Assembly (NCBI GenBank): GCA_030390025.1
Contig: CM059449.1
Location: 15,066,001 to 15,130,000, forward strand
DNA length: 64,000 bases
Reading direction: 5' to 3'
Source of the DNA: Squalus acanthias
Taxonomy: Eukaryota
A program made the position numbers and the translations under genes. The notes beneath the pieces are model-generated. The model worked only from the letters and a program-made list of their open reading frames with translations, did not search any database and had not been told where the DNA came from. Below are positions 62,297 to 64,000 of the stretch, piece by piece; the first letter of the stretch is position 1; each line of letters opens with the position of its first letter.

Positions 62297-62638
62297 GCAC
62301 TACGTCAAGCTTTGTTCCTTGTCCACTTTTTTCCGCCGATCCGAATAGTTGCACTTTGCAGTAGTAGAACCCGGAATCGTAATGGCTCACGTCTTTTATA
62401 GTAATGGAAGCGTCCCTCCTTTGTGAGAAATCCTCGGCACTTGCCCGCGATAGCCGTCCGCTGAATTCCTTGCTTTGGGTGGTGACTTCAGGTCCGTCGA
62501 CAGAGTTTTTGTGCCACTTGAACACACCGACCCCCCCCGGGGGCCCTTCATACGTGCAGTTCAGGAGCACCGACTGCCCCTCCGTGGCGTTAACGAAGGG
62601 CGGGACTTGAATTACCGTAATGCTCTCTGCAGCAATTC
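62297..62638 (-). CDS. Gene C V3 exon, intact NKp30-like VJ-type V domain (leader not identified in window)
   Basis: VLLNC...GVFKWHK...EVTTQSKEFSGRL...DSGFYYCKVQLFG...GQGTKLDVV; ttggcAG and C|GTGAGT; 342 nt, phase 1-1. Confidence 0.9.
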
Positions 62639-62996
62639 CTGCCAATGGATGGTTTCTGATTAGCGAGATGCACCAAGTCTTTATTTCACCTTAACCAAAC
62701 GCTGAAGATGCTGGAGGCCGCTAGTGAAGAACCGACAGGGACCGTGCCTCTCCAGACAGCCAGCGGTGGAGGGCCATTGTAAATGTAGCAAAGCTCATCC
62801 TGTTGGGTGTAATTTTCCCAGACCCCTGCCACAGTTGGGGCCCGAGGAGCAGCGGAGGGATTACTGGAACACCACGGGTGCACAGACGGACAGACATTTC
62901 CCATCAATTAACTTTAGCCATTTTCCCATAAACCGTCCCGCTGCAGGGATGGTGGCGCGGGGCCTCGGGAAATTGAATGGTTTGGCTACAGCATGG

Positions 62997-63700
62997 GAGG
63001 AGGCCATTCAGCCCGTCGAGCCCGTGCCGGCTCTCTGCAAGAGCTCTTCAGCTAGTCCCACTCCCCCGCCCTTTCCCCGTAGCCCTGCGATTTTTTTCCC
63101 CTTCAGGTACTTATGCAACTCTCTTTTGAAAGCCGAGATTGAATCTGCCTCCACCACCCTCTCAGGCAGTGCATTCCAGATCCTAACAACTCGCTGCATA
63201 AAAAAGTTTTCCCTTATGTCGCCTTTGGTTCTTCTTCCAATCACCTTAAATCTGTGTCCTCTGGTTTGCGACCCTTCCGCCAATGGGAACAGTTTCTCTC
63301 TATCTACTCTGTCTGGACCCCTCATGATTTTGAACAGCTCTATCAAATCTCCTCTCAACCTTCTCTGCTCTAAGGAGAACAATCCCAGCTTCTCCAGTCT
63401 ATCCACATAACTGAAACCCTCATCCCTAGAATCATTCTCGGATTTATTTTCTGCACCCCCTCCAAAGTGCGATGCCCAGAATTGGACACAGTACTCCAGT
63501 TGAGGCAGAACCAGTGTTTTATAAAGACTCATCATAAATTCCTGGCTTTTGTACTCTATGCCTCTATTTATGAAGGCCAGGATCCCGTTTGTATCCCCCC
63601 CACCCCCGCTCATGTCGCCTCTGGTTCTTAATCACCTTAAAACTGTGTCCTCTGTTTCTCGAACCTTCCGCCAGCGGGAACAGTTTCTCTCTATCTACTC
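62997..63700 (-). mobile_element. CR1 3' fragments
   Basis: ORF 63008-63613 is CR1 RT C-terminus. Confidence 0.85.
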
Positions 63701-64000
63701 TGCCCAGACCACCCAATTCCACCCATTGGGGTAGATTTCCGTCTTTACCGCCTGGGCGCTACACGTCTTGTGACGGAAGGAGAAAGGAAAACCCAGAGTG
63801 AGATTCCCACTCTTCTCATAGAACCCAGCGGATTTGCTGCCAGTGGATTGAATGGGAAGAAAGTCGGGCAAGTGCTGTTAGCGCCAGATTGTCCTTCCTG
63901 CGTTCCGCCCAGGCCATGTCTAAAGCCCACGTGGTAAAGGCAAAGATTTACACCTTAATCACAGCAAGCATGATTGAGCTCCCCTCAGTATCGCAATCAG

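Overview
Eukaryotic genomic DNA, most likely from a cartilaginous fish (shark), judged from CR1/L2 LINEs, Deu-type tRNA SINEs and Penelope-like fragments. It has three N gaps. The core is a cluster of three NKp30 (NCR3)-like immunoglobulin-superfamily receptor loci with germline-joined VJ-type domains. Gene A (minus, 25337-13296) can be spliced by hand into an intact 8-exon, 358-aa type I membrane protein: leader, V1, V2, an uncharged TM, and a tail with two canonical ITIMs. Gene B (plus, 29495-39116) is an inverted, head-to-head paralogue of A's V2-to-tail half. It has its own leader, a stop codon in V and a deleted TM exon, so it is a pseudogene. Gene C (minus; leader not identified in the window) has an intact third V exon, then a V2-type exon with the same stop as B, a TM exon and a diverged tail. 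The rest is repeats: a near full-length CR1 with tandem TATA-containing 5' monomers and captured Tx1-like ends, a solo LTR, MITEs, SINEs, and Penelope-like pieces carrying minimal hammerhead ribozyme motifs, several in the sense orientation inside receptor introns. All exon models are manual inferences from splice sites, phases and paralogue comparison; no expression data are available.
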